From: Clostridia bacterium
GTDB lineage: Bacteria; Bacillota; Clostridia; UBA1212; UBA1255
Length of the DNA stretch: 64,000 nucleotides
Direction: 5' to 3'
Assembly: GCA_046952735.1 (NCBI GenBank)
Contig: JBKUJR010000010.1
Location: 3,099 to 67,098 of the forward strand
Positions 1 through 9,031 of this stretch are shown piece after piece; the first letter of the stretch is position 1, and every line of letters starts with the position of its first letter. A model generated the notes under the pieces. That model saw only the letters and a program-made list of their open reading frames with translations, searched no databases and was not told the DNA's origin. The position numbers and the translations under genes were made by a program.

Positions 1-549
1 ATAAAGCATTTTTGCCGTGGAATTCATACGCGGGAAAATTTTCTCAACGGTGGGGCCCGGGCTTTCCGCACGTAAGATATGGAGCGACTGCCCGCCGGAG
101 AATTTCGCAATGGCAAGCACAAAGACGAGCACGCCCATTCCGCCGATAAAATGGGTAAAGCTGCGCCAAAACAGCATACATTTGTCCAGGGATTCTACAT
201 CCGCCAGCACGGAAGCGCCCGTGGTGGTAAATCCGGATACGGTTTCAAAGAAGCTGTCGATAAAGGAGGGGATTTGCCTGCTCAGATAGAAGGGGAGCGC
301 GCCGGTCAGGCTGAGGATCCCCCAGGAAAAGGTAACGATGGCAAATCCGTCCGCAGCATACAAATCTTCTCTTTTGGTTTTTAAACGATAGAAAAGAAAC
401 CCGACGAGAAATACGGAGGCCATTACGGGGAGAAAATAGATCCCGGAACGTTCCTGATAAATGAGCGCGACAATCAGCGGCAGAACCATCAAGACCGCTG
501 CGAGCATCATCGTAAATCCCGTCATTTTAAAAACAAGCTTTATATTCAT
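1..549 (-). CDS. trkH: Trk potassium uptake protein TrkH (N-terminal part; C-terminus runs off the window start)
   Basis: The reverse-complement of 1-549 translates from ATG at 549 as MNIKLVFKMTGFTMMLAAVLMVLPLIVALIYQERSG..., a multi-TM N-terminus typical of TrkH. It lies immediately downstream of trkA on the same strand. Confidence 0.7.
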   Translation of the reverse strand, partial: MNIKLVFKMTGFTMMLAAVLMVLPLIVALIYQERSGIYFLPVMASVFLVGFLFYRLKTKREDLYAADGFAIVTFSWGILSLTGALPFYLSRQIPSFIDSFFETVSGFTTTGASVLADVESLDKCMLFWRSFTHFIGGMGVLVFVLAIAKFSGGQSLHILRAESPGPTVEKIFPRMNSTAKMLY

Positions 550-579
550 TTCCGGCGCGCTGCCCTCGCTTTTCTTTCC

Positions 580-1941
580 TTATAAAAGAATTTCATTCAG
601 ATCTCCCAATTCGTTTCCCACCGTAGTGATTATGATCACGGTATCCCCCTGCTTCATGACGTCAGAGCCTTTCGGGGTAAATATTTTCCCGTTTCTGTTG
701 ATACAGCCGATCAGGATTCCGGGCCGCAGCTTCAGCCGGGCAAGCGGAACGCCGAGAAACGGAAGATTTTCCCGGATGCGGAATTCGAGAGCTTCCACTT
801 TGTTTCCTACGATTCTGTGGAGCGTTTCTACATTGCTCCCGTAGGAATGCTGCATGGCGCGTACATATTGGATAATATAATCCGCCGTGATATATTTCGG
901 CCTCACGATGCTGCCGATGTCCAGATCCTTGACGATATCCCCGAAATCGGATTGCTTCAGTTTGGTCACTACTTTTGCCTCCGGGACTTTCTTCCGCACA
1001 TTCATGGAGATCAGGATGTTTTGTTCGTCGATTCCCGTCAAACTCAGTACCGCAGCGGCATTGTCGAGGCCTTCTTCATAAAGGAAGCTTTGATTTGTGC
1101 CGTCTCCGTGGATGATCGTAGCAGACGGCAGTATTTCGCTGAGTTCTTCGCAGCGGTCCAGTTTTTTTTCTATGATTTTAACAGAGATTCCCCATTCGGA
1201 TAGCTTCCGTGCCAGATAATACGTGAGCGTCCCGCCGCCGATCACAAGCACGTTTTTGATTTTACCGGGCTGCATACCGATCTTTTTGAAAAATTTGCCG
1301 GCTTCGCGTACCGGCGCTATGAATGAAATCAGATCGCCCTCCTGAAGGACGAAATCCCCGGAGGGAATCGATACTTCCCCGCCCCTTTCGACCGCGCAGA
1401 TAAACACGTCGGCATGTACTTTCGTACTCAGGTCTTTGATCTGTGTGCGCTGCAATACGGAATCTTTTTGGATCTTGTGTTTCAGAAGCTCGACGGTTCC
1501 CTTTGCGAAGGTGTCGATCTTCATTGCGGAAGGGAAGCGGATCAGGCGTGAAATTTCTTCAGCGGCGGCCAGTTCCGGATTGATTGCAAGGCTGAGACGC
1601 AGATCGTCTTTGATCAGCGGAATGCTTTCGGAATAAACGGGATTCCGGATCCTGGCGATCGTATTTGCCGTGCCGAGTTTTTTTGCGATGAGACAGATCA
1701 GGAGGTTAACTTCGTCGGAATAGGTGATGGCGATAATCAGATCGCAGGTCCTGGCGCCGGCTTCGGTCAATACGCTTTTCGACGCCCCGTCGCCGCAAAT
1801 TCCGATCACATCCAGCGTGCTGACCGTTTTCTCGAGAACTTCCCGGTCGCTGTCGATTACCGTGATATCATGGTTTTCCCTTGCCAGCTGTTCGGCGATG
1901 GCGGCGCCTACCTTTCCGCATCCGCATATGATGATTTCCAT
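580..1941 (-). CDS. trkA: Trk system potassium uptake protein TrkA (tandem RCK/NAD-binding domains)
   Basis: A 453-aa ORF with two GxGxxG Rossmann motifs (IICGCGKVG; VIGGGTLTYYLA) and TrkA-N/TrkA-C architecture. Operonic with trkH. Confidence 0.9.
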   Translation of the reverse strand: MEIIICGCGKVGAAIAEQLARENHDITVIDSDREVLEKTVSTLDVIGICGDGASKSVLTEAGARTCDLIIAITYSDEVNLLICLIAKKLGTANTIARIRNPVYSESIPLIKDDLRLSLAINPELAAAEEISRLIRFPSAMKIDTFAKGTVELLKHKIQKDSVLQRTQIKDLSTKVHADVFICAVERGGEVSIPSGDFVLQEGDLISFIAPVREAGKFFKKIGMQPGKIKNVLVIGGGTLTYYLARKLSEWGISVKIIEKKLDRCEELSEILPSATIIHGDGTNQSFLYEEGLDNAAAVLSLTGIDEQNILISMNVRKKVPEAKVVTKLKQSDFGDIVKDLDIGSIVRPKYITADYIIQYVRAMQHSYGSNVETLHRIVGNKVEALEFRIRENLPFLGVPLARLKLRPGILIGCINRNGKIFTPKGSDVMKQGDTVIIITTVGNELGDLNEILL

Positions 1942-2166
1942 GCTTCGTCCAGCCTGCTCCTTTCAGTCAATGTCTTTATGGAATAAAGCGTGTACAATAT
2001 ATCATATTTTGATCCGTTCTCAAAGTAAAATCGTCTCCGAAAATCCCTCCATTATATTTTCCCTGTTTCCGGAGACAATAGTAGCGCCGCTCTTTTCAAA
2101 AAGAGCAGAGCGTAACCTTTTTCCGGAATATGTTTTATTTATGTTAAAAGTATGTCAAAACGCGAT

Positions 2167-2195
2167 TTGACGTATTTTGGGAAAAATTATATAAT
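2167..2195 (+). promoter_or_regulatory. sigma-A type promoter (TTGACG, 17 nt spacer, TATAAT) for the lipoprotein gene
   Basis: The -35 TTGACG is at 2167-2172 and the -10 TATAAT at 2190-2195 with a 17-nt spacer. A strong RBS AGGAGG precedes the ATG at 2231. Confidence 0.5.
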
Positions 2196-2230
2196 TTTAA
2201 CGGTTATATTCAATTAACAGGAGGTATTGT

Positions 2231-2980
2231 ATGATGAAAAAAAGAATTTTATTAATGGCGATGGCCGCGTGCCTTGCGATTGCCTGTTTTACGGCATGCA
2301 GCAAGGATGAGGATAAGGATAAGGGAAATCCGACAAGCAAGCCGACGGCATCCGCTACGGCAAAACCTACTGCTTCTGCCACAGCTGCGCCCACGGCAAC
2401 GCAGAGCGCCACGGCGGAAACGACGCCGGGCACGGACGAAACGGCAAAGCCTACGGGAGATCAGATCGACGCCGTCGTTTTTCGTTTCGACAATGAAGAC
2501 GACTATGACAGCGGCGAAGGCGCGTTTGCCAATACGTTCCAAGGTCACAATATGATGGGTACGACGATCGAGGCGACGAAAGAAGACGGCCTGATCATGG
2601 AAATCGAAGGAAACGACCCTTACGTATATTATACGGGCTTCGATCCTTTTGAACTGAGCGAATATCCGTATATGAAAATCTGTATCAAAAATCCTACGCC
2701 GGCGACTGCCTTTGAAATGTTCTTCGTACCGGCAGGCGCGGGCGGCGCTTCTGCGGGAGATCTCTTTACGGGGAATTCCATCACAGCCGCCGATACGGAA
2801 TTTAAGACATATGTCTTCGACATTGCGGCGAAAAACGGGGCTGCGTTTATGGATCGCTCGGTAGAAATGCTGCGTCTGGACTGCGTCAATCTGGACAACG
2901 CGGCAGGCAGCGATTATCAATTCAATATGAAGTATATCGCATTCTTTAAAACGGAAGCGGAAGCCAACGCATATAATTGA
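2231..2980 (+). CDS. secreted lipoprotein with a Thr/Ala/Pro-rich low-complexity linker, function unknown
   Basis: Signal peptide plus lipobox (LAIACFTAC|S), then a KPTASATA repeat linker and a roughly 170-aa C-terminal domain. Strong RBS. Confidence 0.7.
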   Translation: MMKKRILLMAMAACLAIACFTACSKDEDKDKGNPTSKPTASATAKPTASATAAPTATQSATAETTPGTDETAKPTGDQIDAVVFRFDNEDDYDSGEGAFANTFQGHNMMGTTIEATKEDGLIMEIEGNDPYVYYTGFDPFELSEYPYMKICIKNPTPATAFEMFFVPAGAGGASAGDLFTGNSITAADTEFKTYVFDIAAKNGAAFMDRSVEMLRLDCVNLDNAAGSDYQFNMKYIAFFKTEAEANAYN

Positions 2981-3050
2981 TACGGTTACAAGGAAACACA
3001 AAGCGGGAGCATTTGGGCAGACCCCATAAGGAAGTTTTTAGGTAAGAGGC

Positions 3051-3087
3051 GGTGTGACCCCGAATAAACGGGGTTGCACCGTCTTTT
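3051..3087 (+). terminator. rho-independent terminator after the lipoprotein gene
   Basis: Hairpin GGTGTGACCCCG-aataaa-CGGGGTTGCACC followed by GTCTTTT. Confidence 0.5.
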
Positions 3088-3398
3088 ACTTTGCTATGCG
3101 ACAAATCGGAACTTCTGCGGATTTTTCCATATTTCATCTATCATAGCCGGCAATTCTTTCTCGATCGGGATGTCAAACAGACCGATAGCCGTGAAGTAAA
3201 TATCCGCTTGCATATGACAGTATCAGCTCTTCAGTTGCGTTTTTGCATTGTTCATATTCCTTTTCATACCCATCTTGGCATGCAGTATATGGCGGATAAG
3301 GCGCAGGAACTCGGAATCAACACATTACCGGAATACTGCGGGAAAGGATATGCGTCGGCGGTATCGGGAATACTGAAGATGGCTACAAGGGCACGGTA

Positions 3399-4080
3399 TT
3401 GAAGGAAATATATCGGGTATTAAAACCGGGCGGGCTACTTGTGACTTCAACCAGGTTTGTCACTAAGGAAACGCTCGCAGCGTTGCCTACAAACGCACAA
3501 GTTGTTTTGAAAGAAAAGCGTCTGGACGTTTTCGCGGATTTATATGAAGAAACTGTGCTTGCCGGGTTTAAGACAATCGACAGCGAGGTCTGCGGCGTAA
3601 CGCTTGGCGGATATATCCGAAACCGCAGACTCACACTTGCTGGAAGTGAGCTTGTGAATACGAATGAAAGAATAATTGATATAGCCCTGAAATACGGATA
3701 TGGCAGTCCTGAAAGCTTTACACGAGCTTTTTCAAAATTTCCCGGGCTAACACCGTCTGATGCACGAAAAGACGGCAGAAATCTTAAATCCTTTTCCCGC
3801 CTGTCGGTGCAAATTATTATGAAGGGCGGCAAATGTATGAACTACAAAATTATTGAAAAACCCTGCTTTAAGATGCTTGAATAGAAGGAAAACAAGCATA
3901 GTATTCCTGATTTTTGGACGAGGTCGAGAAACGACGGAACATTAAAATTTCTGAGTGAGACGGCAATCAACAAAGATTTTATTTTTGGCATCTGCTACGG
4001 CAGTAACGAGAAAAATGCTGATAGCTTTGAGTATGCAATAGGTGCAATATGTGCTGCATTTTTTCTAACCTAAGGATATA
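3399..4080 (+). pseudogene. decayed regulator remnants: SAM-methyltransferase fragment, AraC-type HTH fragment and GyrI-like domain fragments in different frames
   Basis: RVLKPGGLLV is a class I methyltransferase motif. IALKYGYGSPESFTRAFSKFPGLTPSD is an AraC HTH second helix. MNYKIIEKPCFKML and, in another frame, IPDFWTRSRNDGTLKFLSE...FEYAIGAICAAFF are GyrI-like. The pieces sit in several frames with stops between them. Confidence 0.35.
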
Positions 4081-4339
4081 CGCCAACAGAGGAAATGGAC
4101 ATCGAGGCCTACGTTGACGATGATATGAGCTCATCTAATTACAAGAGCCAATTTGGGTTCCAATTAAAAAGTAACCGAACATTTAGTCGATTCGCTCCAA
4201 AATGCGACTACTTTATAAAGCGAAGCCCAACCTCTGGTTGGACAAATAGCAACTTGTTCAAACTACTGCGTTATTGTCTTTTGCCGATTTTGTCGATAAT
4301 ATACTATTGTAGCTACAAAAATATTGAGAGGTGATTTGG

Positions 4340-5116
4340 ATGGAAAACATAAAACTTAATGAGCAGATCGCTTTTTTGCGTCGGCAAAAGGGATTAACGC
4401 AGGAGGAACTTGCAAGAACGCTCGGTGTCACAAACCAAGCGGTATCAAAATGGGAATCTTCCCTGTGCTGTCCGGATATTACACTTTTGCCGGATATAGC
4501 AAAGCTCTTTGATGTAAGTATTGATGAGCTAATGGGATATAAATCAGCAGATACATTTGAAAATGTATATTTGAAAATTAAATCATTGTTTGCTGAAACA
4601 CCCGCTGAATCGGTATTCGAGAACGCTTTTCGATTGTCGGTATTACTACACGAAGCAGCCTGTACTCAAGGGTATAAAGGCTATACTCCATGGGATACAA
4701 ATAAAAATTACGGTATGGAAAAATGCCCGCACAAATGGGGGTTTTCTGCTTGTTCTGAACCCCAAGGCAACACCGTTTATAGTGGAAACGGTATCTTCAT
4801 TGCAAATGGAAAGTCTTATCAAACGCCCAGCATATCGCAAATACACGACTTATATTTTTCTTTAAAGCGTTTGGCGGAAAAGAATGTCTTAAAAGTTTTG
4901 TATGCGATATATGAAATGACAGCTAATGATTTTGATATGTATGTTTCTTTAACGGATATAACATCAAAATGCAGTCTTTCAGAAGCTGACGTGACCGCCG
5001 CACTTGAAAATATACCTGTGACAATAAAAGATGACGAAAACGGAGAGCCCTTCTATCGGATAGAAGGTTCCTATATGCACGTACCATCATTACTATTGCT
5101 TCTGAGAAATAAATAA
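4340..5116 (+). CDS. XRE-family helix-turn-helix transcriptional regulator with a roughly 190-aa C-terminal domain
   Basis: N-terminal HTH_3 motif (QKGLTQEELARTLGVTNQAVSKWE). RBS GAGAGG sits 8 nt before the ATG at 4340; the ORF track begins at a GTG at 4331. Confidence 0.7.
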   Translation: MENIKLNEQIAFLRRQKGLTQEELARTLGVTNQAVSKWESSLCCPDITLLPDIAKLFDVSIDELMGYKSADTFENVYLKIKSLFAETPAESVFENAFRLSVLLHEAACTQGYKGYTPWDTNKNYGMEKCPHKWGFSACSEPQGNTVYSGNGIFIANGKSYQTPSISQIHDLYFSLKRLAEKNVLKVLYAIYEMTANDFDMYVSLTDITSKCSLSEADVTAALENIPVTIKDDENGEPFYRIEGSYMHVPSLLLLLRNK

Positions 5117-5179
5117 AATTTCCAACCTTTTTCTATTCCCGTGTCTATATGGGTGAAAGCTTTCAAGGAGACAAAACAG

Positions 5180-5593
5180 ATGAAACGTGATCTTGCCGAG
5201 AAAATAACAACTGAATACTTGAAACCCATATACAGCTTTGCGCTGAAACGATGTGCGAATTTGCAGGACGCAGAGGATTTAACGCAGGAGATTGTTCTGC
5301 GGGCGTTCCGTGCGCTGCTTGTTAAGAATGATTTGGATTCACCCGAAAAATTCATTTGGACGGTGGCGCGCAACGCTCTTGCTAATTACTATCGTGACAA
5401 GACAAGGACTGCGATTGGTGTTCCCATGGATGATCTTGCGGAATTTTTGCCGTCTGATGACGATACCGCCGGAATCATTGAAAAAGAATCGATTGGGCGT
5501 CTACATTGTGAAATCGCATATTTGTCAAAACTGCAGCGCCGCATTGTGATTGCCTGCTATTTTAAAAACCGAAATGCACATAGACGGCAATAA
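5180..5593 (+). CDS. sigma-70/ECF-family sigma factor, probably C-terminally truncated or frameshifted
   Basis: Region-2 motifs (YLKPIYSFALKRCANLQDAEDLTQEIVLRAF) and the start of region 4 (LSKLQRRIVIACYF) are present. The ORF stops before the usual region 4.2 HTH. RBS AAGGAGA precedes the ATG at 5180. Confidence 0.5.
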   Translation: MKRDLAEKITTEYLKPIYSFALKRCANLQDAEDLTQEIVLRAFRALLVKNDLDSPEKFIWTVARNALANYYRDKTRTAIGVPMDDLAEFLPSDDDTAGIIEKESIGRLHCEIAYLSKLQRRIVIACYFKNRNAHRRQ

Positions 5594-5900
5594 TGGCTGG
5601 TTCAAATCTGTTCCGCAGGTTGTATGGCTTGAAAATACCGATATAAATAATGAGCTTAACGTCATCGGCGACCGCATCAAGGAAAAGTATTGGACAGAAT
5701 TGCAGGCAATGCGCGCGCCTGACATCAAAGCCGTTCTTGATGCAACGCCCAAGAACCTTCACACCATGCAAAAGTACGGCTTGCAGTACACCTTTTTCTC
5801 AGACGGATGGTTTATTCTTCACTTATAGTGCCGAACAACGAATCAAAACAAAGTTCCGAAACTCATTTCTGAACTTTGGGACTGTGCTTCTATACATAAA

Positions 5901-6200
5901 TCAATTCCGTGTTAACAACTTCGGTACCGCATTGCGGATGTTGTTCATTTCTTGCACCCGGCGCATTTGGTCGATTGCCTTCGATTTCTCGGTAATGTTT
6001 CGCTTTTTTACTATTCCTCCAACCAAGCGTAAAAACATTTCTTCTGCTTCCTCATTGAGATCGGCAAGATAATCATTCAGCTTGCCGGAAATGAGAAATT
6101 CCGTATAAAGAGTGCGTCGGTGCTGCTTGATGTACCGCAAATGCCGCTGTCCCCAGATTCCGTTCAGACGTGGCCCCGGCTTGTCCTCTCCGGCAATCAA
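5901..6200 (-). CDS. hypothetical protein fragment (99 aa), possibly a remnant of a mobile-element gene
   Basis: An isolated ORF in a scrappy AT-rich intergenic region with no recognisable motifs. Confidence 0.25.
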   Translation of the reverse strand: MIAGEDKPGPRLNGIWGQRHLRYIKQHRRTLYTEFLISGKLNDYLADLNEEAEEMFLRLVGGIVKKRNITEKSKAIDQMRRVQEMNNIRNAVPKLLTRN

Positions 6201-6529
6201 ATAGCACTCTCCGATCAGTTCCTACTTTAGCTCTGTGTTTTCATGGTACGCACAGAGACAAAAGAAGTCGAATGCGCAAAAAGAAAAATGCGAGAAACAC
6301 ATTTCTGTGCTCTCGTATTTTTCTTGCCTTTGCTATGACCGTGAGTATTTCATTTGAATTACTTCCTTATCTGGTCGTAGCATTGACGGCTCCCGCTTTT
6401 CATATATAATCTTTAGAAGCTTTTTGTTAAAAGAAATGAAAAAGATACAAAAGAACATATGTTTTTTCATTGTTATTTTCATATGCAGATGTTACAATAC
6501 TTCCGCAGCTCAAAAAAGCGTAAAATCAT

Positions 6530-9031
6530 ATGAAGGATGTATTACGGCATATGCGCGAAATTTCATTATGCGGAGCGTGGAGCTTACGCGGCAGACAGGA
6601 CGGGACAGGAGAGGAATTCCAAATTACCGCAACCGTCCCCGGATGTGTGCATACGGATTTGATACAAAATGGAATCGTCAAAGATATTTTTAAACGCGGC
6701 AATGCTCGTGAAGCGCAGTGGATCGAACGCGGCGACTGGATTTATTGCCGGGATTTTACATGCGAAGACGCGGAACCCGGCGCGCAGCTTATTTTCGAAG
6801 GGCTGGATACCTATTGTGATATTTACCTGAACGGAACATGGATCGGGCGCGGCGAGGACATGTTTATAAAATATGTTTTCGACGTGGCCGGTATCTTGAC
6901 GGAAGGTAAAAATACGCTGGAAGTTTATTTTTATTCTCCGGTCCGTATGGTGCGCGGCAGAAAAAAGCGCCCGGCCGCATTTACCGCGGAACGCCTTTCT
7001 ACGAGAAGGATCCAATGTACGTACGGATGGGACTGGGTGGACAGATTCGTTACCTGCGGTATTTACAGACCGGTTTTTCTTCGGTTTGGAACGCAGCAAA
7101 TCACGGATGAGGATCTTTATATTTATACGGTGTCTGCAAATCCGGAGTGGGCGCAAATTGCCGCCGAGCTGCATTTTAACGGTACTTGCACGGCATGCGC
7201 GGAGGTTTTCGATCCTTCGGGCAGACGGATATACGAAAATTCTTTTTACTGTGCAGAAAATTTTCGGAAAGAACAGATTACCATCCGAAATCCGCAGCTC
7301 TGGTATCCGAACGGCATGGGCGGCCAGCCGCTTTACCTGTTTCAAATCAGGATCGCAGATACGGTCGTCGCGTCCTGCCGTTTTGGAATTCGCACGGCGG
7401 AGGTAGTACAGCTTGCAGATTTGTCGGGCGGGGCATATTCCGAAAAATGCCGTGTACTGCAAAATACGAAAAGCGGCAGGGAATATGATTTCAATCAGAC
7501 GTATTCCGGTTTTACCCTCTATATCAACGGCAGGCCGGTATGGTGCCGTGGCGGAAACTGGGTGCCGTGCGAACCCTTTCCTTCTGCGGAGACCGAGGAA
7601 AAGATTACCGGGCTTTTAGAAGCCGCAGCCGCTGCGCATGTGAATATGATACGCGTTTGGGGCGGCGGTATTTTTGAGAAATCGCATTTTTATGAAGAAT
7701 GCGACAGACTTGGGATTCTGGTTACGCAAGATTTTCTCATGGCATGCGGCGCCTATCCGGAAGACGAGCCGTGGTTCCTCCGGCAGCTTTCCTTTGAGGC
7801 CGAATCCGCGGCGAAACGGCTGCGCAACCATCCGTGTTTGATCTGGTGGTCCGGGGACAATGAAAATGCGATTCGCGGAAACGATCTGGATCCTGCTTAT
7901 CCCGGGCGCCGCTCGGCGCTGCAGGCGATAGCCCCTGTTTTGCAGAAGCTCGATCCGCATCGGTTGTTTTTTCCCTCAAGTCCGTACGGCGGCGACCGAT
8001 ACGCATCGAAAACGCGCGGTACGACGCATAATACGCAATTTTTGGAATACCTGCTGCATTTTATCGAGCAGGGAGAGATAGAAGCGTATAAAGAATATTT
8101 TAAAGAGTACGTCGCCCGCTTTATTGCGGAAGAGCCTACGATGGGCGCCTCCTCCTTCTGTTCTTTAAAAAAGTTCATGACCGAAGACGATATTTTCGGC
8201 GAAAACCTGGAAATGTGGAAATATCATACGAAGACGAATCCTTTTTTACCCAGGGAGCTTTTTGATTATACCGGAATCTTTGCAGAGCGCTTGCTCGGCC
8301 CTTTCCGGGATGGGGAGGATCGTCTTTTTAAACTCCAGTATATCCAGTATGAATGGATGCGACTGACGATGGAGCTTTACCGCAGAAATCAGGGCTTTTG
8401 CAGCGGCGTGGTCTACTGGATGCTGGACGATTGCTGGCCGGCGGCGTCCGGATGGGCGCTGATCGATTATTACGGCGTGCCGAAAGCTGCTTATTATGCG
8501 TTTCAAAAAGCTGCGGGGCATGTGCTTGCATCCTTTGACCGCGGCGCAGACGGCGCTCTGGAATTGTATGCGGCGAACGACACGGCGGAGGCCGTTCCCG
8601 CAACGCTGATTCTCACGCGCATCGGAGAAAACGGAGCGGCGGAGAAGACGATTTCTTATCAGGCTGAAATTCCTGCAAACGCTTCTGCTTGCGTGCTGCG
8701 TGTGCCGGAAGAGCTGGCGCCGGGAAGAGAAAAACTTCTGGTATGTGATTTACGCAGCAATGCCGGATTTTACAGAGCCTTTTACCGGGAAGGGGGGCTG
8801 CCGCTGGAGGAATGTGCGGACGGAATCCGGATCCGGCAGGAAGCGGGCTCCGTTACGATACGAGCCTCCTCTTATGTGCACACCGTGGCGCTTGACGCCG
8901 CAGCGATATTCGAAGATAATTTTTTCTCCCTCCTTCCGGGGGAGACGCGTACCATCAGAATCCATCCGTTCCGCGAAAGCTGGGATGGAATTTATATCAA
9001 AACCTATACAATAAAGGAGAGTCGACAGTGA
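6530..9031 (+). CDS. glycoside hydrolase family 2, beta-mannosidase-like
   Basis: An 833-aa protein whose N-terminus GAWSLRG...TATVPGCVHTDLIQNGIV matches the beta-mannosidase hallmark (W.L....ATVPG.VHTDL). The length also fits GH2 mannosidases. The start could be 6530 or the ATG at 6551. Confidence 0.8.
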   Translation: MKDVLRHMREISLCGAWSLRGRQDGTGEEFQITATVPGCVHTDLIQNGIVKDIFKRGNAREAQWIERGDWIYCRDFTCEDAEPGAQLIFEGLDTYCDIYLNGTWIGRGEDMFIKYVFDVAGILTEGKNTLEVYFYSPVRMVRGRKKRPAAFTAERLSTRRIQCTYGWDWVDRFVTCGIYRPVFLRFGTQQITDEDLYIYTVSANPEWAQIAAELHFNGTCTACAEVFDPSGRRIYENSFYCAENFRKEQITIRNPQLWYPNGMGGQPLYLFQIRIADTVVASCRFGIRTAEVVQLADLSGGAYSEKCRVLQNTKSGREYDFNQTYSGFTLYINGRPVWCRGGNWVPCEPFPSAETEEKITGLLEAAAAAHVNMIRVWGGGIFEKSHFYEECDRLGILVTQDFLMACGAYPEDEPWFLRQLSFEAESAAKRLRNHPCLIWWSGDNENAIRGNDLDPAYPGRRSALQAIAPVLQKLDPHRLFFPSSPYGGDRYASKTRGTTHNTQFLEYLLHFIEQGEIEAYKEYFKEYVARFIAEEPTMGASSFCSLKKFMTEDDIFGENLEMWKYHTKTNPFLPRELFDYTGIFAERLLGPFRDGEDRLFKLQYIQYEWMRLTMELYRRNQGFCSGVVYWMLDDCWPAASGWALIDYYGVPKAAYYAFQKAAGHVLASFDRGADGALELYAANDTAEAVPATLILTRIGENGAAEKTISYQAEIPANASACVLRVPEELAPGREKLLVCDLRSNAGFYRAFYREGGLPLEECADGIRIRQEAGSVTIRASSYVHTVALDAAAIFEDNFFSLLPGETRTIRIHPFRESWDGIYIKTYTIKESRQ

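Noticed and set aside
2252-3001. A 249-aa minus-strand ORF exactly antisense to the lipoprotein gene
   Set aside because: It is the mirror frame of a well-supported plus-strand gene with signal peptide, lipobox and RBS. It is Arg/Cys-rich with a junk-like composition typical of antisense frames in GC-biased codons.
5550-5828. A 92-aa ORF downstream of the truncated sigma factor as a possible continuation or anti-sigma
   Set aside because: It shows no sigma region 4.2 or anti-sigma motifs in any frame, has no RBS, and is in a +1 frame relative to the sigma ORF. Probably non-coding remnant sequence.
6584-7462. A 292-aa minus-strand ORF inside the GH2 gene, with similar antisense ORFs elsewhere (11174-11797, 41673-42551, 42744-43394, 44612-45112, 53919-55034, 57212-57733)
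   Set aside because: Each lies entirely within a strongly supported, conserved plus-strand gene (GH2, GH127, ftsK, rny, paaK, yggS). Arg/Ser/Cys-rich compositions and absent RBSs indicate spurious antisense frames.
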